DNA of 53,550 bases, the filler included, from Sphacelaria rigidula (taxonomy: Eukaryota): assembly GCA_964200075.2 (NCBI GenBank). It is 2 parts of 2 records of this genome, joined end to end, with 100 filler letters (N's around TTAATTAATTAA, not from the genome) between each part and the next. Parts side by side here need not be neighbours in the genome. Positions count along the whole stretch, not along the records: positions 1 to 26,744 come from CAXNAA020000131.1; positions 26,845 to 53,550 come from CAXNAA020000132.1. The stretch is one strand, 5' to 3'. How positions within the stretch are numbered: position 1 is the first letter of the stretch; each line of letters begins with the position of its first letter. The notes under the pieces are model-generated. The model was not told the DNA's origin, searched no databases, and saw nothing but the letters and a program-made list of their open reading frames with translations. This document shows positions 21,201 to 32,300 of the stretch, piece by piece. The position numbers and the translations under genes were made by a program.

Positions 21201-24200
21201 GTTCCCTATATAAATATATAAATAAATATATATATATATATATAATCGCTCATCGTCGGCCTGCTGTTCACGTATCGTTCGTATGTGTAAAGGACAGTAC
21301 GCCATGTTATTTGTTCAAACATGTTTCGAATATTCTCTCGCTGACTGAATGAATGAGACATGACGGAATCATGCGTTTCGCCATCCCTAAAAACTTCCCT
21401 TCACCGCGCCTGCTATTGAGTGTGAGTCTCGGGTCCACAGACGTACTTGTTGAAATGCGCCCCCTCAAGAAAGCCGCCCCCTAGGCTAACATCTGGCAAT
21501 TGAAGGAGCTTAAAGTAAGCCGCTGACTTCGAAGTGCTCTCTGTATCCGCACATTCAAACCGTCGAATGCGTCGCGGGAAACACGCCCTCTATTGCGGTG
21601 CTTGTCCGTTCATGTAGTTTCCACCTTGGCCATTCTGAATAGCCCGCCTACACACGTGAAAAAAAAACGCTTTTTCGGCAGGCGAAGGGAAGGACGGCAG
21701 CAGCGACCGCAAACCGAGGGGTATGGTGGTCTCAATGGAGTGGTATGACGGGGCGGAGGGATTGCTGCACCAGCGTGTTCCGACGCTCTGTATCGCTCTC
21801 GCCGGTGGTACTATCCAGCTCAGCAGAGGGGTCGACGATCTGGACCCTATTGTGGTGAATTGTCACATGGAAATCCGTCAGGTGAAGCCATGCTTTTACA
21901 ACCGTTATATCTCAACGATTGAACCAATGACTTGCCTGATGTCCCGGAACCAAGAAAGTTGTGCGGGCTGTCGCTCGGGAACCGAATTTATCGAAGAGGT
22001 TAGGAGGAATACCGGACCGAGGCTGAGGAAAATAATCTTTAGTTGTGCGGAATGTCGCTCGGGAACCACAATCATCGAGAAGGTTTTTTGGAATACCCGA
22101 CCGAGGCTGAGGGAAAATAATCATTCAAGAGCCATGCGTTTCAAGTAATAGTTGATCACGCTGGAGTCGCGGAGCACGGTGACATGGAAACGTTGCCCTG
22201 TGGATGTTGTTCTTCTTTCCTCAAGCATTTCACGGTACAGTCTGTCCACAGAGAACTGGCACCGCCCTCGGGCAAGGTTCAGAACGCCGCAAAATCCAGC
22301 GGGCTTGATTGGACGAAGGCGATTTGGAATTTTCCCCCGCCATTCACTTCAGACACTCGAGGGAATCCGCGGACCAACCAATCTTCTGGGAATAAGCAGC
22401 GCAATTCCCGCGCATTCCTACTCTTGACATAAATACATCCTGCAAAGCCGGAAATGTAGGATACTACATGTTGTATGCATGTAACGAGCAATGCTGGTCT
22501 CTACCAGACGTTGGCGCAACGCTGAAAATATACACCCACCACAAATTTTGCACAAACCTGGAAACCTCTCGATAGCCCTCCTCTCGTCCTACTCTTCGTT
22601 ATCCTCTCGTGATCACACCCTCACTTTCCCTAAGCCATGACTTCACGTACCCCCGTTGTTCCCCTTGTTCTACCGGCGCGCTACTGCTTACTAGCCGAAA
22701 GTCTGACCCTGACCCCGATGACAAAAACGCCTCTGTCACCCACTTCGTGGTTCTCTTGCCGTACCTCACAAAAAAAGGCTCGATGGAACAAGAACGGAAC
22801 GGTTTTGGCCCTGAGCGGGACGGCACGCGCAACCTTCAACAAATCTGGCCAGAGTCGAGATCTCTCCGTGGTCAAGATGTACTCCCCTTACGGAATCATG
22901 CTTCGCACGCTAAAGGTTTTGAGTAAAAGAAGCATAGCACATCACCAACCACTCGACCGCCACACGCCAAGCACGCCACGCGCATGGGGTTGTTGTTGTC
23001 GGAGGAGCGAGTCGTTCGGTAGGGCCGAATCAAAGGCACGTCAAACCCTCGACACTACACACCGGAGCTTCGAGCGAATAATGACTTAGTCTTTCGGACT
23101 TTGGATGATGACACGTGTTTGATCTGGCTCGCCAATAATGTGGGAAGCAAGAAAAATCCCCGTGCTTCAAAGTCGCTTCGCTTTTTCCGAGGTCAATGAA
23201 TCCGCATAGGATCCTCGTACCAAAGACATCTACAACACTGACATGCTCTGGACAATGTTTCCTAGCGGCTGTTTATCCTGGTAGGGATAGAACAAAAAAC
23301 GGAGTATTTTCGGGCCGCTTAAACGGTTTAAGTGATCCAATTGGGGTTAACGCCACGCTGTAATGTTTTCAATTAACCTGCTTGCGCTGTTTGTCCGGTC
23401 CTGCGGGGGTGTGTTTGATTGTATGTTTGATCCACTTTTGTGGTTTTTTGTCGGTGGGCGATGTTTGTGACTGTGTCCATGCTTACCTCGCGGGTTCCTC
23501 GATCGAGCGTACTGCCCGTGCAATACAAGATGTTTCGGCGGAAAACAGGCAGTACGGAAGAAGCTCCCCGCGTAGTCTGTATTACAGACACACAATAGTC
23601 GCTTCGTTGAGTTTGAGGCGGACCGATAGACAAGCTGTCGTGTAGAATGTTGAACCGTCGGGTACGTATCGAGGAACAGGTGCATTAGTCGCTGCAAAGC
23701 AGAGTTTTTCTGTCGACCATGGTTAGGGATGTTTTTCGTCACTGGCAGCTGCTTCAATGGATTAAGTGTTCGACTCCTTCATTGTGGACAGTCCTTTCTA
23801 TACCTAAGACGGTCGGGTGGCCAGACACTATTCCTGCAACCTCATCTTGCCGCGGGTACTGAACCCACGACTGACGAGAATCCAAAGCTGGGGGGACGTG
23901 ACCGAACCTTCTAAACAATACAGAATGTAGAGCACAAAATGGACCAAGTGTGTACTATCCGTTTTTTTCGACTGGTGCTATAAACGCAGGTGCCGGGTAA
24001 CGGCATCAGCAGTCTGGCGTGGGAAGGGGGTGGACTGAGAATCGCTCTCGCAGTCGATGCCTACATCTACTTCGCAAATATTCGGTGAGAGATGTTGTCA
24101 CCAAGTCGTAACCACCAAGCATTCGCTGCCAGTAATTGACTCGTCGCAGGGGGCGGGGAGAGGGGATGCGAGAGGGTTTCATCACGCCGACTTCAGGAGA

Positions 24201-26512
24201 CAACAAAGAATGGAACAAGTACGTGTCACGAGAAATCTCGCTTTCAAACTCAGGGCGTATCTACATCTACTAAACCGAACAAAGATGGCACTTGGCGTTT
24301 GGTAAGAAAAGCAGTGTGCCCGTGATCGATGCAAGTATCAATGTGAAGACCACGTTATATACGTTCGCGAGGTTCTTCAGCTCTGCCCTCGTACAAGTAT
24401 CTATGCGAGAGATTTTTCCCAATCATCAGGCCGGTTGGTGGCCGACTCCGACCCCGATCCCTTGAGAAACAGAACTGTGGATCTCCTTCGTGATCCATGA
24501 TACAAGGAAAAACCTTGAATCGATGGTTAATGATCAAGCATAGCCTTCACGGGAGCCAGTTGTTGAGTGGGAGCGCAGTGTTTCCGTCCAGCATGCCGCT
24601 CTCTAATCCACCTTTACAGCTTCTGCACGCTGGCACAACGGTGTCGAAATGGGTGCCCAGATCTGCATGCTCACCATGTAATTTACCGGCGTGTCGAATT
24701 ATTTTGTAGGTATGGCTTCCGCCCAGCATTTGCTAGGTACCAGAAGAGTATGTACCGCAGGGCTACTTCACAACACTGCTGTATCGCTGTACGTGCAAAT
24801 CTCCCCCCTCATACACTGTTTTTTTGTTATTGCTGCCGCCGGTGCGTTCGGTCGGTGTTCGAAATTACATCCACCGACATCACCATCTCCATCGTATCAT
24901 CAGCTTCAATTCGAAAGAACATTTGAATGGGATCCCCGTCCCCATCCTCCGTTTTCGCCTGTTTGCAGCCCAGACTACGCGTGGGCTTTCGCGGGAAGCG
25001 CAAACTGCATAGCTTACGCCTACCAGAGAGCGGACAAAGCCCACACACAGGTAAGGGACTGCAGTTGAGCACGTTATTTATTTGCTGACACCGTGAAATC
25101 TATCGAGAAAATTCACCAGGGGGTGTGAAGCTATTTTCCGGACGTGAGTGCCTGAAGCAACCACAGAGCTGCTGGCAACAAGACAATTACTTGTTTAGCT
25201 AGAGAGAAGCTTGCGGCGGAGTTGTAATAGTCCTGCCGTAGTGCAGTCGACCGAAGTGTGGGATGTCAACGGAGTCAGATCGAAACTGCGTGTCACAAGA
25301 TCCGTTGTCTATTCTATTCGTGAGGAATTGGACAGGGATCCAGCCACTGCGCGGCCGGGCTGATCGGGCCAATAACCGCACCATCGTGAATCACATCTGT
25401 ATCACACGGAGAAGCACATTATCATCCATGTGTACCGTTGGGAGCGACTTTGGAAAGGTCTCTGACGGGGGAAATCACGCAGCGAGAGGTACAGAAGCAT
25501 CGGAGACCGTCATATCGATTTGACATGACAACTACATTACCTCAGAACCACCGTCACAAGCCGGCTTACTGTGCGGCTCGTTTTCAGACCTACACTGCCG
25601 CGTCTGACACACTTGAGTACACTGAATCTGATGATGCAATCAGAAGGGACCGGTCGTCGGTCGTGGTGTCATGCTGTTCTCGCACGAGCTCACCGACTAG
25701 CCGTGTTGATGTCGCTACACTTGCTTGAATACATACCCTACCGACCATCCACCGTCATTTCGCAAAAACAGATTTGCTTCTGGGACCTGAAAACAGGAGA
25801 GCGTCGAGTGAAGCAACATCGAGACCTCAAGCTCATCTGCGGTAGCGGGGAGCACGTGTGTCTCACTACGGGACCAAATGATAAGGGAAGGTCCGTGATG
25901 GTACCACAAATCTTCAGATAATCATTCCGCACCACACATTCGGGGATTCCACTGCAAATCAAACGCGGACAGTGCATGGTTTCACGACAATTCACCTGTT
26001 TCCGAAGAAGCGGCCCTGTGTTGCGGAAGGAATTTGTTATGATGGCCACGCGGTAAGCGCAGTGGAGAGAAAGCAATGGTGTATCGACATACGTGTCTGG
26101 GTCAGGAGTGCTGATGGCTATACTGGTAAACCCTCTCGAGGAGTATTTCTGCTTGCTTGTACGCGCCTCAAGCGCTCACCTATTTCCCCGCTCCAATGCC
26201 GCTCGCTGACTTCGACCCCTCCCAAAATTGTACCTACACGCCTTGAAAACTCCTTCCATAACCTTTGATGTATACAAAAATAGACTGAAACTCCCCGAAA
26301 TAAGGTTTTAATAGACCCTTTCCGAAAACACCAAAATACTCCGGAAACCATATCCTTTCAGGCACATCCTGACGCTCACGAACGCAATCGGATCGCCGCT
26401 TGAAAAGCGCCTTCTGCCTGAGGGAATGCATCCCTGCTGCTCCGCCATGGGCGGTGCACACGTTGTTGTAGCGGGCAGCCACGCAGCGTACGTCTGGCAA
26501 TACAAGCACCAG
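6257..26512 (+). CDS. WDR35: WDR35 / IFT121 intraflagellar transport A-complex protein, N-terminal ~500 aa (11 exons); truncated by the assembly gap
   Basis: Phase-consistent GT-AG exons: 6257-6373 ([25 protein letters not shown]), 17737-17892 ([17 protein letters not shown]), 18607-18750 ([32 protein letters not shown]), 19354-19493 ([28 protein letters not shown]), 20781-20965 (alternative donor after 20950), 21682-21881, 22778-22915, 23990-24084 ([30 protein letters not shown]), 24969-25050, 25772-25890, 26362-26512 (NAIGSP..YVWQY). These motifs are the conserved WDR35 N-terminus. Confidence 0.95.
7539..7797 (-). repeat. 3' LTR of the Gypsy element
   Basis: Direct repeat of 13524-13782 with 13 mismatches in 259 bp by hand alignment. 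Plus-strand ends are TATAGCC...GGCTACA, an imperfect terminal inverted repeat. Confidence 0.93.
7937..9602 (-). pseudogene. Gypsy pol: end of RNase H, integrase (zinc-binding region and DDE core) and chromodomain-like tail
   Basis: ORF 9206-9571 has [21 protein letters not shown] 8422-9402 has GHRG...[20 protein letters not shown] and [15 protein letters not shown] 7937-8242 has [15 protein letters not shown], which resembles the chromodomain W.G...TWEP motif. Confidence 0.88.
9605..10209. mobile_element. Tc1/mariner-type (Stowaway-like) MITE nested in the Gypsy RNase H
   Basis: TIRs CTTCCTTTGTCCAATAAGTAAAGCCC and GGACTTTGCTTATGGGACAGAGGAAG, with TA on both sides (9603-9604, 10210-10211). 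Removing the element and one TA restores the pol frame [13 protein letters not shown]. Confidence 0.9.
10212..12134 (-). pseudogene. Gypsy pol: aspartic protease, reverse transcriptase and 5' part of RNase H
   Basis: ORF 10431-12134 contains ILDSGS (protease), [31 protein letters not shown] and WVDD (RT). The frameshifted ORF 10161-10418 has [33 protein letters not shown] (RNase H). Confidence 0.92.
12140..13331 (-). pseudogene. Gypsy gag (disrupted) with CCHC zinc knuckle
   Basis: ORF 12927-13331 continues in frame past a stop into ORF 12429-12923, which contains [14 protein letters not shown] (CX2CX4HX4C) followed by an RGG-rich tail. Confidence 0.85.
13524..13782 (-). repeat. 5' LTR of the Gypsy element
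   Basis: Direct repeat of 7539-7797. Plus-strand ends are TCTAGCC...GGCTACA. It lies upstream of gag on the minus strand. Confidence 0.93.
14400..15150 (-). pseudogene. Possible decayed coding remnant of unknown (probably transposon-derived) origin in WDR35 intron 1
   Basis: Overlapping intron-less minus-strand frames (14508-14999, 14584-15006) give protein-like stretches such as [27 protein letters not shown], broken by stops. No family was recognised. Confidence 0.25.
16705..16800 (+). repeat. ~85-bp SINE-like repeat with an A-rich tail (family B)
   Basis: CCGGGGAGATATGGGTTAATCCCTTGAGACCAAGGACTCGTCCCGAGGAAGGGAAGGGGATTAAAGTGCGA..AAAAAATAA. Homologues at 19051-19137 (+), 15610-15690 (-), 49283-49345 (+) and a degenerate one at 29254-29330 (+). 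Confidence 0.75.
19545..20096. mobile_element. Older GGATAT/ATATCC-motif-rich TIR element interrupted by the 250-bp MITE
   Basis: Imperfect inverted ends ACATCATGTGGATAT and ATATCCCACATGAAGGT. Recurrent GGATAT(G) and (G)ATATCC motifs occur on both sides of the nested MITE. Confidence 0.55.
19760..20009. mobile_element. ~250-bp MITE with 4-bp TSD (copy 1)
   Basis: TIRs GACACTTTTTACGATAGCCCCCC and GGGGGGCTATCGTAGAAAGTTTC, flanked by GGAC on both sides. Homologous to 34172-34424. Confidence 0.9.
21957..22124 (+). repeat. Two tandem ~84-bp units in a WDR35 intron
   Basis: AGTTGTGCGG..TGTCGCTCGGGAACC..ATCGA..GGAATACC.GACCGAGGCTGAGG.AAAATAATC occurs at 21957 and 22041. Confidence 0.85.
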
Positions 26513-26744
26513 GTGTGGCGGGTACCGGCGAAGGTCCTTACTACACCTACAGCTTGGTATCAACACTTGAAAACGGTGTTCACCCCAAGGAACGTCCGGA
26601 GGTCACTCGACTACATAGTGCATGCTGTTGCCTACACGTCTACTCACTTGCGTCATCACCGTCATCTTTCCCCCAACCCACCCCAACACCCAAAAAGACA
26701 AAAAACACAAGACATAAAGGCACAAGAGGATATAATGTAATCAA

Positions 26745-26844
26745 NNNNNNNNNNNNNNNNNNNNNNNNNNNNNNNNNNNNNNNNNNNNTTAATTAATTAA
26801 NNNNNNNNNNNNNNNNNNNNNNNNNNNNNNNNNNNNNNNNNNNN
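26745..26844. other. Assembly gap with artificial six-frame-stop linker
   Basis: Exactly 100 positions: 44 N, TTAATTAATTAA (26789-26800), 44 N. The 12-mer is palindromic and has TAA in all frames. Confidence 0.95.
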
Positions 26845-27192
26845 CACTACGTAGTACGATCATCCTCATTGTGCGGAGTTGAGCTTCTCCCACGACGCAC
26901 AACATGATCTAGCTCGACTACCATCATGGTTACCGGGAAAAAAAACGCAAGCACGCGAAAAGAAACGGTAACCTGCCTGCCTAGCTTCCGTAGTGAGTGG
27001 CGTGTTTTATGGCGTCATCGCCAAGCGACGCCAACCCTATCGGGGTTCCGACCCTACAAAGCCGGGACGGAGCACGCTGGGTTCTCGCCAGACCAGGCTT
27101 GACACGACTTTGGGGGGAGGGGGGGGGTACTCATTTGTTGCATGCCTTAGTCGTTTGACCATTGATCACGCATCCCTTTCGAGACGGAGCAC
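26845..27192 (+). repeat. Family A repeat, 3' part, followed by a G-run and a short related module
   Basis: Starts mid-element right after the gap (CACTACGTAGTACGATCATCC) and matches 3535-3720 and 36563-36745. The module 27120-27192 matches 16630-16700. Confidence 0.85.
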
Positions 27193-27537
27193 CGTTCCTA
27201 CTCCTATTAGAGATACCTCCAACATTCCGGCGCTCATTACGTGCCTTGCATACATTACACAAAAACCTTTCACATGTCTTATCCCCGTCCTGTTTCGTTG
27301 TCTCTATCCACCAACTATCTCCTCGTTTACCCATCGTTTTTTCGCTACTGTCTAGTGCATCAAACGATTTTATGCCATCTTCGTTTACGTCCCGCATTTC
27401 TCCCTCTAGCAGCCCCATTCCTTGTATAGGTCACATTCTGCCACTATGTGACTTTTGCTCTCTGTTGCTTAGCCACAGGGGCAATTCCGTCCATCTACTT
27501 CCTCTTCCTTCCGACAATGACTTGGAGTGTGTGTGTG

Positions 27538-27735
27538 GTGTGCTCATGATCTTGCATGTCGTGGTCACAACACCATTGACCTTGCATCCCTACAAAGCCG
27601 GTACGGAGCACGCCGGATTTTCGTCGGGCGAGGCTCGCACTCAATCGCCAAGCGCCCAGCGTCGTGATGTGTTCGGCGAGTCGCATGAAGGGTGAGCTTC
27701 ATCCTGCTAGGATTATTTGGCCCGAGGCGTTCTGA
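27538..27735 (+). repeat. Family A repeat, 5' part
   Basis: GTGCTCATGATCTTGCATGTC..CCATTGACCTTGCATCCCTACAAAGCCGGTACGGAGCACGCCGG..GTGTTCGGCGAGTCGCATGAAGGGTGAGCT matches the other copies. Confidence 0.85.
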
Positions 27736-29356
27736 TTCTCTTGAATTTGGATGGCTGGGGGGGAGGGGGAGGGGGTGGAGGGGGGTAGAGTAGATTCATC
27801 GAGCGTAGGCTGCGATTGCGAGACGATTCCGATAACGTAACAAGGCAACCGTTAGAACCGTAAGAGCTGGGGCGATGCGTGTGCCTAATGATTCTTGTTG
27901 CTCCAGGCGCCAACTGAAGCTATGTTCGAAACATATCCAGCAGCACCATTCAAGCGATGTCCAATGAAGTCCGAGTTGCCATCGCTACTTTGAAAGTATC
28001 TCTGCATCTGATTCCTCTCATTGTGAGTGATGTAGGCGGAAGCGAGTTACACATGTTTCCACATCGCTGTTTTGTAACGGGTAGGTATAGTCAATACGGT
28101 AGAGTACAGGCCAACACATATATGTACCCCTCTCTTGCGTTGCTACCAATCTTTCAGGGCATTGTAAAGCTACTACCGTAAGACGCAACCTCGTCTTGCC
28201 TGAGATTTGCCCCTTTGCCAGCAATGCGTGTTGGGATCATCATCGCCGGGTTCGGGTCCCACGGCTAGATCAAAGCGTTCCTGTTCAAGACGGACGACAT
28301 GTTCACCGTGCGACACCATTGCTGAGCTTCCTTATTTGCTCCATGCTTGTCTGCAGTGGATGCGGGACAGCCCAGAGTGGACACGTTGCACACTCGGTAC
28401 TATTTTTCATGGTCCCTTGGGAATGAGAACGTCTCTGAAGCATGCATGGCGAACAAGAGCAGTTCATTCCCAAGGTCGGTGTCGCTCTGTGTGTCGGTCT
28501 GAAACAGCCTAGTTTTCCGAAAGGGCCTAATACCCTGCGCCCCTTCCAATGCGTATTTTCTCGCGTTCTGAGATGAAGTACGTGTCGGTCCATAATGCTG
28601 TGTTCTGGTCACCTATGGCTCATGCGTACATCGCTCGCACATGTTGATGTTATTCGAACACACGACGGTCCCCCCCAACCAAGAAACGCAAGTGAGTAAC
28701 GCGTTCGGAGTACACAAACAAGTATCAGAGCACTCCATGCATCAAGGTGCCCACAGCACACCATCGAAATGTACAACAAGAGGGTCGAGCGCTCCTCGCC
28801 ACACTTTGGCCACCCTGTAGGATATGCAGCCCCCAGAAACGATGGACCGTGCGATTCTAGGCGGCTATTCCATCCGCAACAATAAGATCGAGGGCTCACC
28901 GCCACAGTTTGGCCACCCTGTTGGATACTCAGCCTAAACAAATCGCGGATTATGAGATCCTATGGGGCTAATCCATCCGCCCGTTTACGGCTCAAAGAGA
29001 AGCGCAACGATTTCCAGCACAATTGCCGCCGTACTCCGGTGGTCTGACTTGTACATCCTATAATCATTTAGGGCGGCGTTGGGGGTTCGAACCCCAGCAG
29101 ACACGATATGCGATATAGATCTTTGTCTCAGGAGAATCTGGTTTGCGTCACACTCAACGCGCGAAGATGAGTAGCGAACCAAATTTAATTGACGAGAGCC
29201 GACGCTGTGCGGGAGTGCTGAACCAGTTCGTGGTACCAAACAGCTAGGGGTGAGCCGGGGGAGATGGGTCTCTCCGTCGAGAACACAGGGTTGTCCCGAG
29301 GAAGAGAGTATTGGGAAGTATAACGAAGTAGACAAGGAAAAGGTATCATGTACTAC

Positions 29357-32300
29357 CTGCATCCTCCTCCATTGTTCCTGGAACATCGAAGGCGGCAGGG
29401 AAGCACTCTTTGTCAATGTCCGACATGTATCGGTGTCACCAGACCGCCAAGAATCGACAGAAGTCAACTGACGAACGAGGAGCCTGTAATGTATTAAGGC
29501 AAGGGTCATCCTTAGACAGGCGAGCTCCGTCGATGAGTCGACCATCACAAACGCTTCTTGTCAGATCACACGCTTGCACCTGAACTTTGAAATTATTGCC
29601 GATTTTCTGCTTGATGAGATTATTCTCACAATTCTGAACATGTGACGTTGTTGGCGATGAATTGCAGTAAGCACAAGACGCGTACCGGATATAAGTGACG
29701 ACCGGCTGTCGCGGGCGTTCGAACCAGCTCTGTAGCATCTTTTCAGCTGGGCATTTTCCATCTGCTATCCCTCTTGGTCCCCTGCATTCTTCTCGTCTGG
29801 AATTTTGATACACTACGAAGTGCATGCGAACTTTGTTCAGCCCACTCTACCCCCTTACCCAACTTCCTGGCCGTCCTCCACGCGTGTAAGTAATCTTCTA
29901 ACCTTACCATGTCTCACTTGTCTAGTTCATCCTGCTTTCCTGTATCACTCGCACCGTGATAATGACCCCTTGTGTCCTTCAGCGTCACCGTCTTGAGGGA
30001 GACTGACGACGTTACTGTCGGCGACGTGGCCCGGTGGATTGCCTCGCCATCGCCTCTAGGCGCCTGTTCCCCACCGTCGCGTATTGTCGAGTTTTCATCC
30101 CCAGCGTTGGGGGTCGCCCCCTCTGCCTCACAACGTCGTCGTAGTAGGCGCACGCGCTCCTTGCAGTCCTCGGAAACAGGGAAAAATACATTTTCGCTAA
30201 TGAGACTCTTGATGCTGTCGTTGTCATTACTGCTGTTGTTGCTGTCGTTATTGTTGTTGTTGGCCCTGGCGGCGGCATCGGTGTCGTCGTTTTTGTCTGC
30301 GCCGTTGGATGATCTCATCGGCAGCAGCGTTTGTTGTCGCGCAGCTTCAGCTTGCAAAGAAGTAGCCTCTTCTGCGTGATGATTGCTTGCCTTGTGTTTA
30401 TTTTGTGACATCTCTCCCCCTGCACAAGTATGAGTGTGACGTCGACTTCCATCGGTTTGGTTAAGTTGTCTACTCGATGGCTCATTTTCCAAGCCTCTTT
30501 TCGTACCTTCCACTCAGGAAAGATCGGTCAACTTTTGTATTCGGGGACTCCTTTTCAAAGTCCTGTTCGTGCCGTCGATCGGTGTCGTCGAGTGGGCTGT
30601 GCTGAGCAGTTGCGACGCCGTCATCTGCAACCCACACAAGTCGCGATGTTTCGCTCATGTATGCCAAATGCTTCGTATCGTCGTTCCTATCAGCGAGTAC
30701 CGTTGGTTCAAATGATGAAACCTGGAAGTTTTGCGACTTCGAGCGACACGCCGGTTGCAGCCTATCTTCGATACTCAGTTTTCTACATTCGGCGAGACAG
30801 GTTACAGGTTAACTTCACTCACGTTTCGTATATGATTTATAGTCGGGTGTTGGGAACATTTCAGATTTCAGATTTTTCCGGTACAAGATTATGACTGTTA
30901 AAAATTTCCCTGCGGAGTTCAGTTCTAGTTCTCACGTGGAAAATGTGTGCAGTGAACGACGAGATCGGTTGATGTTAGGTCAGAGGATGAGACTTACGCG
31001 GCAATTCTGCATCCGCGGTGATTCTGGTCGCCGGAACACGTCTCCCCTTACACCGTTGCGCCAGCGATGGAAGCTCTCGCAGATTGTCCTGTAGGAAGGG
31101 GGACATTTTTGTGTTTATCTCTTTGCCCACTCTCTTGTTTTTCCAGCGAACGCTGTCCGCAACCTGCCGTGATAGATCGGTACAAGCAGGAGTCAATGAC
31201 CGAACATTGATCGGCGAGAAGCGGTATCGTACTGTATGCATTTTGGAATGTTCCAGTGTACGTAACGCCAAGCGTTCGATTTGGGGCGACTATTAATACA
31301 AGATTTTTCTAGACTCACTGGAGGTTCCGCACCAAAAGGATGCAGAAATATCTGCGAGGGTACGCAGAATATCGTTCGAGAAATATACAGAAGCAACATT
31401 CTGCTAATTTTTGACATGCTACTCATCAATTGGTACCTGCGACCCCTCATCACGATTTCTGCCCTTCATTCGGCCTATTTCGCTGCCTTTTTCACTCAAA
31501 ACTTCTGCGCTATGTTTTCGGTGCACCCTCGTAGGAACAGTGCCTACCAAGGAATTGCAGGCCCCGCCGGCGATGATCTCGTTGTACATGTTTCCATACA
31601 GTATTTTGCCCAGGTGGTTCCTCGCTGCTCTGGTTCGGAGATACGCGCGTTCAGTAACCGGAAAGCGTCAACGAAACACGCGTTCGCAGTGGAGCACGGA
31701 GTCGCGCGAGGGACTCAATTAAGGATAAAGGGTTTATGCAGAGTCACGTTGACCGATTAACCATACACTAAAACCATAGTAATATCAATAGTTGAAGCGA
31801 TGTGAAGTGGTTGATGCCCATCAGTACAGCAGGGCGCGTGAATTTTGCAAAATCGCCCAGGTGAGGGAACACGTGCGCCGTAATCCACCAAAAAAGCAGC
31901 GTGACAGTGAGTGAGTTTTGTGGTCATTACATTGTACCTTCCAAAAGTAGTCATGTTCTCAGTTGCTAAGAAACGTAGCTGGACGCGAAGGCAGCAACGC
32001 AAACGCGGTAGCGAGCGCCGGTTCTGCCCGAGAGCAGGAGCTGTCTCGAAACTCTTCCACATCCGGACCATCTTTGCCCCAAGGAAGATTTCGAAAACAT
32101 GACACGCAATTATTCCGCCGTAAATAGCCAGCCAGTTTCATAGCTGAACTACCGGAAGCACCCTCACCCCAATAAACTATTTCTCTGATCATGCAAAGTA
32201 CCGGAAAGCACACATCTCACCCGGCGCTGGTTGAGTACGTGGAATGAGCTGCGGCCATTTCCATTCGCAACTGACGCTCCTCGCGGCCCCCTCCGGTCCA

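Noticed and set aside
26789-26800. Perfect palindrome TTAATTAATTAA as a biological site
   Set aside because: It is centred in a 100-position N block and is an artificial six-frame-stop linker.
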